From Octopus sinensis (Eukaryota), in contig NC_043007.1 in the NCBI RefSeq assembly GCF_006345805.1, positions 54,064,001-54,128,000 of the forward strand: DNA of 64,000 nucleotides, written 5' to 3'. The notes under the pieces were generated by a model. The model was not told where the DNA came from. It ran no database searches and saw only the letters and a program-made list of their open reading frames with translations. Each line of letters begins with the position of its first letter. Position 1 is the first letter of the stretch. Both the position numbers and the translations under genes were made by a program. Of this stretch, positions 12,115-24,210 are shown in pieces.

Positions 12115-12897
12115 CGTGGCCTTATCAATAAGTATCCAGACTGTTGTCATTGGAATGAAGCTAAAACATGCAGAGTGAAACCGCTTGAACTCTGCTGTGC
12201 ATGTGATCATTGCATTGACCATGATAGAGAAAGTTGAGCAGAGAATCTGCATCAAATTTTGGCAAAAGTTTGATACCTGCTCAGAGGCCTACGCAAAATT
12301 TTCAATGTTCTTGACACAATCAAGGAGATCTTGTGCAACTGAAATCTGAGTGTATTTTTAGTCGGCTGAAAGCAGTTTTGGTACAAACTTGGCGGACACA
12401 TATCTCATACCCAAATTTTCAGTGATAATGGACTGAACTGAACCGTAACTAATCTGCACATCCTCTGATAACTTATGGATGGTGGTTTTACAATTTCCCT
12501 TCACAGCTCCACGCACAACTGTGAAGTTGTTCTCAGTTCTGCAGATTGTGGATCTCCAAGAATGTTCGTCAATGTCAACATTTCGTCAGCCGTCTTGGAA
12601 ACATCTGAACCACTATACACTTGTGTGTGGCTTATACACTCCTCTCTATACACTTTTTGTAACTTTGTGTCGGCTCTATCGCTATGACAACTTTCTCTGT
12701 CGTGGTCAATGCGATGATTACATGCTACAGACATTCATTCCAAGCATTGTTGAAAACAGTCGAAGTGAGCTAGAACATTAAAACTTTGTGTGCATGCACA
12801 ACAGAGTTCAAGGCCAGTCTATGCCAAGTGGCTTCACTCAGCATGCTTTAGCTTTGTTACCATGGCAACAGTTCAGATACTTATTGATCAGACCTCG
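12115..12897. mobile_element. Mariner-type non-autonomous element with TIRs (duplicated at 14324-15106)
   Basis: TA then CGTGGCCTTATCAATAAGTATCC at left; GATACTTATTGATCAGACCTCG at right. Transposase N-terminal fragments on both strands (EKVEQRICIKF; KLQKVYREECISHTQVY). Confidence 0.8.
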
Positions 12898-12924
12898 TGT
12901 GTGTGTGTGTATATATATATATAT

Positions 12925-13636
12925 ACCATGGAATCTGATGTGGCTTTTTAAACCAGACAATGGCACCCACATACATTGTACATCCAATTTGGACTACCAA
13001 GGGCTGCAGATAAGATCTGATCATTGTGGGTCTTAAAATGTTTTTTGAGGCCTCCGTTAGATTTGCAAACCTTCCAGCATACACTGCCTTCAAAGGTGTG
13101 CACAGACATATAATCAGAATAGTTGGTGGAGGTTCGTTTTCCATGGGTTCGCAAATGAAATTTGAGCCTGGCAAAAGAAAGGCATGGTCTGTTACAAACT
13201 GTGCACACAAAAAGGTCTTTGTCATTCACCTTCTTGATTGTAACATTCTTCCTTAGATTTCTTTTGAGTCTTACATGCATTATCCTGGCCTCTTCAAATG
13301 CTTTCACTCCACTCTACATTTTTGTTTGCCATCCACCTCAATCTGAAGCAAGGGTTTCTATGTCTTCTGGATCCATTCCAAGTAACTTCATAGAAGTCTT
13401 TATGCTGTCATTAAACCTTTTTTTAGGTTTATGCTGATAGTGTTTCCCCTCTGCAACCTCACCATAATACAGCTGTTTCGGCATGCATTCATCTGCCATT
13501 CGAACAATATGGCCACACCATCTCATTTGCTTCCTCAAAATCATAGCTTTAATTGAGGTGATGCCTGCAGATGCAAGGACATCTGTGTTTGGAGTAAAAG
13601 AACACCATTTAATGTTTAAAATGCAATGAAGGCATT
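12925..13636 (-). mobile_element. RTE (BovB-like) 3' relic with C-terminal C2H2 fingers (duplicated at ~15134-15843)
   Basis: QMRWCGHIVRMADECMPKQLYYGE..G..KPKKRFNDSIK; CTVCNRPCLSFARLKFHLRTH; CWKVCKSNGGLKKHFKTH. Confidence 0.8.
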
Positions 13637-13677
<41 letters not shown>

Positions 13678-14015
13678 ATACACACACATATATATATACA
13701 TCTATTTGTATGTCAGTGTTTGTGTCTGTCCACCCATCACCGCTTGACAACTGGTGTTGGTGTTTACATCCCTGTAACTTAGTGGTTCAGCAAAAGAGGC
13801 CAATAAAATAAACACGCTTAAAAAAATGAGTTCTGAGGTCAATTTGTACGACTAGAAAAAAAAACCTTCAAGGTGGTGCTCCAACATGGCTGCAGTCAAA
13901 CAAGTGGAACAAGTAAATGAATAAAAGATTATATATATTCATCATCATCGTTTAACACCGTTCTGTTGATTGTGTCAGCTGGGGCCCTCGTCGCAACCAA
14001 TGGAGTGCTTCTTTT

Positions 14016-14048
<33 letters not shown>

Positions 14049-14066
14049 GCATACTCATATACATGC

Positions 14067-14232
14067 AGGCACAGGTGTGGCTGCGTGGTAAGAAGCTTGC
14101 TTCCCAACCACATAGTTCTGGGTTCAGTCCCACTGCATGGCTGGCTCCTTGGGCAAGTGTCTTCAGCCATAGCCTCAGGCCAACCAAAGCCTTGTAAGTG
14201 AATTTGGTTGACAGAAACTGAAAGAAGCTGCC
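14067..14232 (+). mobile_element. SINE 5' half (copy 3, in duplication unit 2)
   Basis: Identical to copies 1 and 2. Confidence 0.85.
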
Positions 14233-14251
14233 ATATGTGTGTGTGTGTGTG

Positions 14252-14288
<37 letters not shown>

Positions 14289-14323
14289 GCATACATACAT
14301 ACATACACACACACATGCACATA

Positions 14324-15106
14324 CGTGGCCTTATCAATAAGTATCCAGACTGTTGTCATTGGAATGAAGCTAAAACATGCAGAGTGAAACCGCTTGAACT
14401 CTGCTGTGCATGTGATCATTGCATTGACCATGATAGAGAAAGTTGAGCAGAGAATCTGCATCAAATTTTGGCAAAAGTTTGATACCTGCTCAGAGGCCTA
14501 CGCAAAATTTTCAATGTTCTTGACACAATCAAGGAGATCTTGTGCAACTGAAATCTGAGTGTATTTTTAGTCGGCTGAAAGCAGTTTTGGTACAAACTTG
14601 GCGGACACATATCTCATACCCAAATTTTCAGTGATAATGGACTGAACTGAACCGTAACTAATCTGCACATCCTCTGATAACTTATGGATGGTGGTTTTAC
14701 AATTTCCCTTCACAGCTCCACGCACAACTGTGAAGTTGTTCTCAGTTCTGCAGATTGTGGATCTCCAAGAATGTTCGTCAATGTCAACATTTCGTCAGCC
14801 GTCTTGGAAACATCTGAACCACTATACACTTGTGTGTGGCTTATACACTCCTCTCTATACACTTTTTGTAACTTTGTGTCGGCTCTATCGCTATGACAAC
14901 TTTCTCTGTCGTGGTCAATGCGATGATTACATGCTACAGACATTCATTCCAAGCATTGTTGAAAACAGTCGAAGTGAGCTAGAACATTAAAACTTTGTGT
15001 GCATGCACAACAGAGTTCAAGGCCAGTCTATGCCAAGTGGCTTCACTCAGCATGCTTTAGCTTTGTTACCATGGCAACAGTTCAGATACTTATTGATCAG
15101 ACCTCG
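14324..15106. mobile_element. Mariner-type element, duplicate copy
   Basis: Same sequence as 12115-12897, offset +2209. Confidence 0.8.
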
Positions 15107-15845
15107 TGTGTGTGTGTGTATATATATATATATACCATGGAATCTGATGTGGCTTTTTAAACCAGACAATGGCACCCACATACATTGTACATCCAATTTG
15201 GACTACCAAGGGCTGCAGATAAGATCTGATCATTGTGGGTCTTAAAATGTTTTTTGAGGCCTCCGTTAGATTTGCAAACCTTCCAGCATACACTGCCTTC
15301 AAAGGTGTGCACAGACATATAATCAGAATAGTTGGTGGAGGTTCGTTTTCCATGGGTTCGCAAATGAAATTTGAGCCTGGCAAAAGAAAGGCATGGTCTG
15401 TTACAAACTGTGCACACAAAAAGGTCTTTGTCATTCACCTTCTTGATTGTAACATTCTTCCTTAGATTTCTTTTGAGTCTTACATGCATTATCCTGGCCT
15501 CTTCAAATGCTTTCACTCCACTCTACATTTTTGTTTGCCATCCACCTCAATCTGAAGCAAGGGTTTCTATGTCTTCTGGATCCATTCCAAGTAACTTCAT
15601 AGAAGTCTTTATGCTGTCATTAAACCTTTTTTTAGGTTTATGCTGATAGTGTTTCCCCTCTGCAACCTCACCATAATACAGCTGTTTCGGCATGCATTCA
15701 TCTGCCATTCGAACAATATGGCCACACCATCTCATTTGCTTCCTCAAAATCATAGCTTTAATTGAGGTGATGCCTGCAGATGCAAGGACATCTGTGTTTG
15801 GAGTAAAAGAACACCATTTAATGTTTAAAATGCAATGAAGGCATT

Positions 15846-15884
<39 letters not shown>

Positions 15885-16217
15885 ATACACACACATATAT
15901 ATATACATCTATTTGTATGTCAGTGTTTGTGTCTGTCCACCCATCACCGCTTGACAACTGGTGTTGGTGTTTACATCCCTGTAACTTAGTGGTTCAGCAA
16001 AAGAGGCCAATAAAATAAACACGCTTAAAAAAATGAGTTCTGAGGTCAATTTGTACGACTAGAAAAAAAAACCTTCAAGGTGGTGCTCCAACATGGCTGC
16101 AGTCAAACAAGTGGAACAAGTAAATGAATAAAAGATTATATATATTCATCATCATCGTTTAACACCCGTTCTGTTGATTGTGTCAGCTGGGGCCCTCGTC
16201 GCAACCAATGGAGTGCT

Positions 16218-16268
<51 letters not shown>

Positions 16269-16314
16269 TGCATATATATTTATATCAGGTCATCTCTTAC
16301 ATATGAGTGATATC

Positions 16315-16770
16315 AGAATTTCAAAGCAACTTCTCTTTGGCCTATTCCCAATAGGAAAGTCAGTTGGAAGGCTACTCTTGCACTACAAAGACAAACTAAA
16401 AGACAATCTGAAGCAATGCAACATTCCCTTTTCTTCCTGGGAAAACAAAGCATCAGAATGCTGGACCTGGCGCTAGTCCTGCTTCTCCTCAGTTCAAAGA
16501 TTTGAGCAAAGTTGACTCCAACAGCAAAACAAACTTTGTGCAAGTATGAGGGCACGCTGACAGAACAGTGCTTCTCTAAATGGAAACCTTACCTGTCATT
16601 GTGGTTTTGTAGCACAAAGCAAAGCAGGCCTTGTCGTCCACTCAAGGAAACACATAGTAAATAGTCCACAAGTACTCAAGCAAACTGAGTCCTCAACTTG
16701 TTCCATTTGCCAAAAATTTTGCAAGGCACCAGCAAACCTCAAGAGACACATCTGTGTTCATAGAACATGA
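16315..16770 (+). mobile_element. Second RTE-family 3' relic with two C2H2 fingers
   Basis: Manual translation with internal stops: RISKQLLFG..LHYKDKLKDNLKQCNI..SWENKA..CHCGFVAQSKAGLVVHSRKH..CSICQKFCKAPANLKRHICVHRT*. Confidence 0.75.
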
Positions 16771-16892
16771 TTAACACTTTATTTCATTGAACCCTCATTT
16801 GTCATTCACAAGAGAATCTGTCATGTATATGTATATATGTGTGTGTGTATATGTATTTATTTTATGTAGGCATATGTATATGTATATATATA

Positions 16893-16935
<43 letters not shown>

Positions 16936-17086
16936 TAGATAGATAGATGTACATATGTGTGTGTTTATGTATGACTGTGTATCTGTGTGTACCTTTTTTT
17001 GTACTTTCTGCTTTTTCCTATTGTCACCAAGATAGATCGCTAGCCACTACACATTCTTTATTTTATCTCCTTGTTTCTTTCTGTGT

Positions 17087-17125
17087 TCCTTTCTGTGGAA
17101 GAGCATAGGCTTGAAACGTTAAGGA
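17087..17125 (+). ncRNA. Degenerate minimal hammerhead-like motif in a short interspersed repeat (possible PLE pLTR relic)
   Basis: TCCTTT-CTGTGGA-A-GAGC ATAG GCTT-GAAA-CG-TT-AAGGA. Hammerhead layout, but the core reads CUGUGGA rather than CUGANGA. Confidence 0.35.
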
Positions 17126-17439
17126 CTTTTTTCACTTCCTGAGCGTTAAACTAATACATCTGTTTGTTGTCTACACCACCTGCCTTCGTCTTTTGTTTTT
17201 TTGTGAATTCTCCCTATATCAGTATATATATATGTGTACATATATCTGTATATGTGTGTGTGTGTTTATATATATATATATATATCATCATTAAATAAGT
17301 ATCGTTTACTCACTCGCAACCACTTCTAGGCTTTGTCACTAACTCGATTTTTAACCAAATTAGATGTTTACGTTTTTAGATTGGTCATTTTCAGCTCCAA
17401 AATTTGAAAATTGCTTTGATAGAAAAAATGGTTTCAGTA

Positions 17440-18180
17440 AAATATGTGAGGTCGAAAATGGGAGAGTAGCACCTGAAATCAAATTTGAGTCTAAATATTT
17501 TTTTTTTTTTTTTGAAAGAAATCTATCCATGTTACTTATATGCAAAAGCATTCAGTAAGAAAAAGTACTGAGGTAAAAACCAGCTAAAAAATAGAGATTA
17601 ATACCTGAAATTGACTTTGATTCCAAATATTATTCTTATTTCAAGAAAAAACTATATTTAAATTCAACTTTTCTGATAGAGCTCCTCCAGAGGAATCTGA
17701 TGATGCCAGTTATATATAAAAAAAATTTTTAAGAAACTACTGAGGCCAAATGTGCTGCAAAATGTGGTAACACCTCAAATCAAATTCAAAATCTAAAAAA
17801 AATTTTTTTACCTCATATGATAGAACTCATCAAGACAAGTGTCGTGGTGCTAATCTTTTCAAGAGTCAAATGTGTGAGGTCACAAATGGGAGAATAACAT
17901 GTAAAATCGACTTCCAATATTCTTCTTCTTTCAAAAGAAAACTATATTTAAATTTAACTGTTCTGATAGATCTCAACTACGGGAATCCCATGCTGCTAAT
18001 TATATCAAAAAATATTTTAAATAAAAAACTACTGGGGCCAAATGTGCCGTACACAGTGGTAACACCTAAAAACAAATTCAAAACCTAAACATTTTGTTTC
18101 TGTGTAAAAGTTTTGTTTTTCTTTAACTCATATGATAAAACTCATCAAGACGAGTGTCATGGTGCTAATATTTTCCAAAT
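17440..18180. repeat. Degenerate tandem array (~290-310-bp units with ~145-bp sub-repeat)
   Basis: Recurring GATAGA(A/G/T)CTC..AAGAC, AAACTATATTTAAATT and GGCCAAATGTGC..GTGGTAACACCT blocks. Confidence 0.7.
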
Positions 18181-18186
18181 ATATTC

Positions 18187-18523
18187 AGGCTCAGGAGTGG
18201 CTGTGTGGTAAGTAGCTTGCTTCCTAACCACATGGTTCTGGGTTCAGTCCCACTGCATGACACCTTAGGCAAGTGTCTTCTACTATAGCTTCAGGTCAAC
18301 CAAAGCCTTTTGAGTGGATTTGGTAGACAAAAACTGAAAAAATCCTGTCATATGTGTGTGTATGTATGTATTTGTGTGTCTGTGTTTGTCTCCCCACCAT
18401 CGCTTGACAACTGACGTTGGTGAGTTTACGTCCTCATAACTTAGCAGTTTGGCAAAAGAGACCGATAGAATTAGTACTAGGCTTACAAAGAATAAGTTCT
18501 GGGATCGATTTGTTCGACTAAAG
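18187..18523 (+). mobile_element. tRNA-derived SINE, 3'-truncated
   Basis: Same family as 7348-7757. Confidence 0.85.
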
Positions 18524-18873
18524 GCTATTGATGCTAAAGATTTGTCTAATGAACTGAATGTCATATCAAGAAGACTTGGAAAATCCTATGGTCCTCTGAA
18601 AATGCTTGAAATGCTTTGGGAGCAGAACCAAAGAGAAAGCTTTCCAAATTTGTACATGGCTCTCAGAATCCTGCTAACCCTACCAGTAAGTGTTACAAGT
18701 GGAGAACATAGCTTTTCAAAACTTATATTAACAAAGACATATCTTCAACGGCATAAGAGAGGCTCACCGGACTTGCTACAATTTCCATAGAACATGAAAT
18801 TTATAGAAAACTTCAACTCCAAGAGCTTGTAAAAGATTTTGCAAGACAGAAAGCTTGTAAAATTAGCTTTTAA
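18523..18873 (+). mobile_element. hAT transposase C-terminal dimerisation-domain relic
   Basis: FPNLYMALRILLTLPVSVTSGEHSFSKLILTKTYL..ERLTGLATISIEHE..DFARQKA. Confidence 0.85.
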
Positions 18874-19269
18874 GTACAAAGAGTGAAAAACAACTGTATT
18901 TAAATATTTCAACAACCAATAATAAAAAGGACAACACCTTTGAATCAAATCAAATCAAAGGAAAGGAATACAAACAAATATGGTGAATTATTGTTTGTTT
19001 ACCATATTTGTTTGCATCCAATTAGTAAAATATTAAATTTTCAATACATGTTTATTAGTTCAATACATCATGTTTATTATTATTATATATTTTTTCATTA
19101 AAAGAAATAAATTTTAGAATTTTCTTTTACAAGTGACTTCAAATTGCTCCTATGTTTATTCATATTTCTAAAAACTTAATTGGGGAAATCCCTAGCTTGT
19201 TGGACTTGCTTCACTTGCCATTGTTCCACCCTGTGGAGTGGGGTTTAAAATTTGATTTGCCTAGGGCAT

Positions 19270-19830
19270 CAGTTACCGTAGGACTGACACTACAATTGGA
19301 TGCTCTTCCTAAGACCAACCACTCTGAGAGTGTAGTAGATGCTTTTTGCATGCCACCAGCATGAGTGCCATTGATCTGATACCAGCATCGGTCATGACTA
19401 CGGTCTCACTCAGCTTGACAGGTCAACACAAGTATGGTATATCGCCAAGGATCTTGGTCACCTGCCACTGCCTCAGTTTGACAGATCTTCACAAGCACAG
19501 TGTATCACCCAATAATTGAAGGGTGCTTTTAATGGGCAAGTTACACGAAACTGGCATCAGCCACAACTGCGATCTCACTCAGCTTGATGTTACTGCCTCA
19601 ATGAGGCCCAACACATGAGTGGTGCTTTTTATATGCCTCTGGCACGGGTATCAGTCAGTCAGCACTGGCATTAGCTAGGACTATGATTTCACTTGGTTCG
19701 ACAAGTCTTCTCAAGCACAGCATATCACCCAGCAATTGAAGGGTGCTTTTAATTGGCCATTCAAATGACACTGTCATTGGCCACAACTGTGATCTCACTT
19801 GGCTTGACAAGTCTTCTCAAGCAGGGCCTA
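19270..19830 (-). mobile_element. RTE 3'UTR-like relic with internal repeats
   Basis: Similar to 45850-46400 (GGATGC.CTTCCTAA.ACCAACCACTC.G.GAGTGTAGT; repeated GGTGCTTTT units). Confidence 0.6.
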
Positions 19831-19869
19831 TCATATATATATATATTTATATTGATGTGAGTGTGTGTG

Positions 19870-19921
<52 letters not shown>

Positions 19922-19949
19922 TATGTATATATACATACACATACATACA

Positions 19950-20160
19950 TATATCCTGTGGGTGAGATGTGACATTACCCTTCCTATGCATGTGTGAACA
20001 TTTTTGCTCCAGTAAGCCACATCAGTTCACAGCTATTAAGCCATGAGATATTGCATTAAGGTTTGCCAAAATCTTGGTGATACTCAAGCTCAAACCATCC
20101 AGAAGATTCAGCAGACCTTTGGAGGGTGATGCGCTGGACAAAACTAACATCAAAATTTAC
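19950..20160 (+). mobile_element. Mariner transposase N-terminal fragment
   Basis: RYCIKVCQNLGDTQAQTIQKIQQTFG. Confidence 0.6.
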
Positions 20161-20469
20161 ATAGTTGGCCTTACACAAGCTGAAACAAGAAATGGATTAA
20201 GTGGGTTTGGCAAATCATCATATTGAGAATGTTATGTATTTCCTCTTGCTATTTTAACAATGTATGGAGCGCAAGGTCCAAATTTCATCTAGCGGATATT
20301 CTTTTATCCACTGAGTCAAATTTATCTATTATGTAAATTTCAAAGCCAAAGCAGTAATGAGAAGAGAGGGGGCAATGAGATAAATCTTACATAGTAACAG
20401 TCAGGAGGAAAGAGAGTAATTAGAGGTAAAACTATGTTTAAATCAAATTGAATTGAATTAAGACAGGTT

Positions 20470-21520
20470 AGTACTCAAATAGCTAGTGATGTGTGGAATG
20501 ACCATCATGATTTCCTGTTCCCTTGTTCTGAAAGTTCTAATTATCCATCAGGCCAGCCATCTGCATTTTATTGCCAATGTAGTAATATACATCTAGAAAG
20601 ATACATCATTACTCAAGTCAGTGCCCAGGTTGTGCACTGATTTTGATTCATGAATTGCAATCCTATCACAGTGCATGTTATTATCTTTAGCCCATTTGTC
20701 TACTGCGTTCAACTTCTGTTGCAGGTGCACAACATCTCTAGGGTTCTGTATCATCTGAGAGACTTTTGTATCATTTGCATAGCTAGCAAGGGTAGTTATC
20801 TAAGCAACTGAGGGCTTTTCTTAGAGGGCCACTATGAATAGCAGTGGCCCCCAAGACAGTGGGACACAACTTATTTGTGTTTTCTTGGCAGCAGGTACCT
20901 GATTTCTATCTTTTAGAAAGTCATGTAATCACTCACCAAGTTTTCCAACTATGCCAAGATTATGCAGCTTGTGATATTTCATGCCATGGTTGACTTGATC
21001 AAAGGCTTTTACAAAGTTGAAATATATTACATCCACATTTGAGTTGTTGAGCAGCTGCTGTAACACCCAACTATATTGCTGCAAGAGCTGTGTCAGTCAG
21101 CAAGTTATTCTCTTCAAGGAATGCAGTTAATTTCCTTTGGACTATCCATTCCATGACTTTGTTGACATGTGAGGTCAGAGAGATAGGTCTATAATTTTTA
21201 ACATCTCTGTTTCCTTTATGAATAGGACATATTATTTCCTCCTTCAATTTGCCTGGGAGCTTACCACTTGCAAGGAAGCACTGAAAAAGAAGCTGCAGTA
21301 GTTTTGCAAGGGCTCACTTACATGATTTGAAAAAGATTGCTGGGAATCCATCAGAACCAGCAGCTGAATGTGCTAGTATTACATCATCTGTAGCTAATAT
21401 TACATCTTTTTTTTATGTTGATGTAATCAATTGTTACTGCTTCCCTTTTTCCATCTGTAGTAATAAAGGAATTCTTCAGGTTTGTTGACTTGCACGTGCC
21501 ATAAGGGTAGAGTGAAAAGA
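20470..21520 (-). mobile_element. Old, degenerate copy of the CR1/L2-group LINE at 237-4331 (RT region)
   Basis: Reverse complement aligns by eye to ORF2 (AAGSDGFPAI; LTQLLQQY; VIYFNFVKAFDQVNHG; GWIIRTFRTREQEIM). Confidence 0.8.
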
Positions 21521-21844
21521 CTTTCGATTTGTTCGTTCAGTGTTTTACTTATCCTTATTGGGTTTTCTGAGAAGGAACCACCTTTTTGGAAGAGTGACAC
21601 TACCACGTGTGTGTGTATTGTAGAACAAGTAGAAAGATATATTTCTTCAACACATAAATACTGAACAGTATATATAAAGGATAAAATCCTTTTAAAAGCA
21701 GAAAAATTTGCCAGTAACCAGCCATGACATAATATATATGTATGTACGTATGTATGTATGTGTATGTATGTGTGTGTCACCCATGCTAGCATGGAAGACG
21801 GATGTTAAACAATGAAGATGATGTATATACATACTCGTGTGTAC

Positions 21845-23130
21845 CAGGTCATGAAAGGTACAGAGAGTTATAGCTCAGTTGATTCAGGATAGAATTAAAC
21901 TGGATGTGATGCAATTTGGTTTTGTACCTGAGAAACATACCACAGATGTCCTCTTCCTAATAAGACAGTTGCAGGAAAAGTATTTGACCAAAAGCAAGCC
22001 ATTGTATTTGGTTTTTGTCAACCTGGAGAAATCTTTTGACTGAGTCCCTCGCTTTGTTATCTGGTGGTCTCTAAGGAAGTTAGGAGTAGGTGAGTGAGTG
22101 GTACATGCTGTCAGTAGGGTGAGAGTCAGCCATGAATACAGTGATGAATTTAACATACAAGTAGGAGTCTACCAGGGCTCAGTTCTCAGTCCACTATTAT
22201 TTATCATAGTCCTCCAGGCCATAACAGAGGAATTCAAAATGAGATACCCATGAAACTACCATGTGCAGATGACTTTGCTCTCATTGCAGAATTGGAGAAG
22301 AAATTCCAGATATAGAAGCAAAACCGGGAATCAAAGGGCCTTTAAGTTAACCTAGCAAACACAAAAGTTGTTAGCAAGAAAGCAGATAATACTCTCTTGC
22401 CATTTGGGAAATGGCTCTGCTCAATATATAGAAAAGGAGTTGGAATTAATTCCATTTGCTGCACCCAGTGTAAGCTATGGACACATAAGGTGGAATCACA
22501 GGTAGATTAACATATGTGGAAGTTGTACAGGAACAATATGCACTAAGGACACATGGAAATCAAAATCTCTCAAATACCCAGGAGACTCTCTTGAGATTGT
22601 AGATAGTTGTTGTTACCTAGGTGACTAAATTAGCACTGGTGGAGGATGTTTTGAAAGTATAGTTTCTAGAATAAGAATAGGATGGAAAAGTTCAGAGAAC
22701 TTTTACCTCTTTTGGCAGCAAAAGGATTTTTTATCTCTCAGAGTGAAAGGTAGTGAGACCTGGCCTCTGAATGCATAAGACATGCATAGTCTAGAGAAGA
22801 AAGAAAGTAATATGCTCTGTTAGATGTGCCACATCAGTGTGCATGTACAACAGAGTGCAAATGTGTTGAAAGAAAAGTTGGGCATAAGAGGAATCAGATT
22901 CCACATGTAAGAAAGAAGACTACATTGGTTTGGACATTTGATGTGTATGAATGGAGACAGCTGTATAAAGAAGTGCCGATCACTGAGAGTGGGTGGCACC
23001 TATGGAAGAGGGAGACCCAGGAAGACATGGAATAAAGTGATGAGAACCAATCTCAGGATGTTGGGCCTCACAGAGATGACACTAGACCAAGATGTCTGGC
23101 AATATGAGGTTCTTGAGCAGACCTGACCAC
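21845..23130 (+). mobile_element. Degenerate RTE RT/3' region
   Basis: MQFGFVP..RQLQEKY..VNLEKSFD*VP; degraded PHD-like segment at ~22400-22540; GRGRPRKTW. Confidence 0.8.
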
Positions 23131-23859
23131 TTCACTGAAACTGAGTTCTAGAAACACTGGGTTCCATCCCTATCTAACAACAATCAAACTTTTTCCACAC
23201 TCTACCCCAACAAACCAAACTACATCTTTCTCATTTTCCCTCTTTTCATGCACTATGCTTCTGCTTATCTCTTGCTCCCCAATCCTGTCCTCACTATCCT
23301 GCTCACTGTATCATTGCTATCTTGTTGTCCCCCAACCCCCCTGTATGCCCAGGTTTTACCAGTCACTGCTACCCCACCCCTACACTCCTTGCATTCATAT
23401 GAAGTCTCTATTCCCTACTCATGCACCTTGGCAATACTCTACCATATCTTGAGGACACCAGTCACAGTTAGTGGCAATTGAATTTTTCCTTTGGTTTTAT
23501 ATTGCATATAACTGCCTTCATTATTTTATAATTTTCACATTACTATTGATTCATATGGTAAATACTATATACTGACAGTCAGGATTTAGCTAAACCATCC
23601 AGCAATGTAATAGTCACCATTGATGAGCTTAATTTTAAGCAAAACTAGACTAGTATGGTGATCTCACTCACAGTGGGGCCGTTATCTCCCCTGTCAGTGC
23701 ATAGACATGTGCTTCTTTGCTGTTCTAAGGGTTTTCAACTCTTTATTTCTAGCAATGTAGGTGCTACCCTTCACTGTCAGTCACAGTTAGTGACAATTGA
23801 ATCTGTTTTCCCTGTTTCTATTTGAATACAGCATTGTGAATTTGAGTAAACTTCTTGAA

Positions 23860-24210
23860 AGATACTAACAAAGTGTTGAGAGATCCATAGTGTGAGGAAT
23901 TCTACACAAAGACTATCTGTGGACACTATCAAATGTCTTTTTAAGGTCAATAAAATTTAGTAGTTTTTGATGTTCAATACACTGTTCAATAATATTTCTG
24001 AATATAAAGATTTACTCGGTGCAAGATCAGTTGTTATACAATACATTTTGTTCCTCTCAGAGTACAGCACATTTGCAGCTCCTTTCAGCCTGTTTAGAAA
24101 CACTTTGCAGAAAACTTTACCAGACACTGACTGCAGTGTGATGTCCTGCCAGATATTTCAGTTGGATAGGTCTCCCTTCTTAGGCAGTTTCACAATGATT
24201 GCAACAAAGC
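23860..24210 (-). mobile_element. RTE RT fragment (different family)
   Basis: IVKLPKKGDLSN..ITLQSVSGKVF; FIDLKKTFDSVHR. Confidence 0.65.

Larger units (their letters stand above)
11810..16228. repeat. Tandem duplication of a ~2.2-kb unit (two near-identical copies), breakpoints in (TA)n
   Basis: ORF pairs offset by exactly 2209 bp (12475/14684, 13162/15371). The only differences I saw were one TA dinucleotide and one C indel. Confidence 0.95.

Noticed and set aside
11390-12255. Long ORFs rich in YIYI/CVCV/HTHT (also 13952-14464, 55600-59884 and others)
   Set aside because: Translations of (TA)n/(CA)n microsatellites and SINEs; no protein signal.
11590-16228. CRISPR-like or other prokaryotic interpretation of the repeated blocks
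   Set aside because: The sequence is eukaryotic (spliceosomal introns, SINEs), and the repeats have no repeat-spacer organisation.
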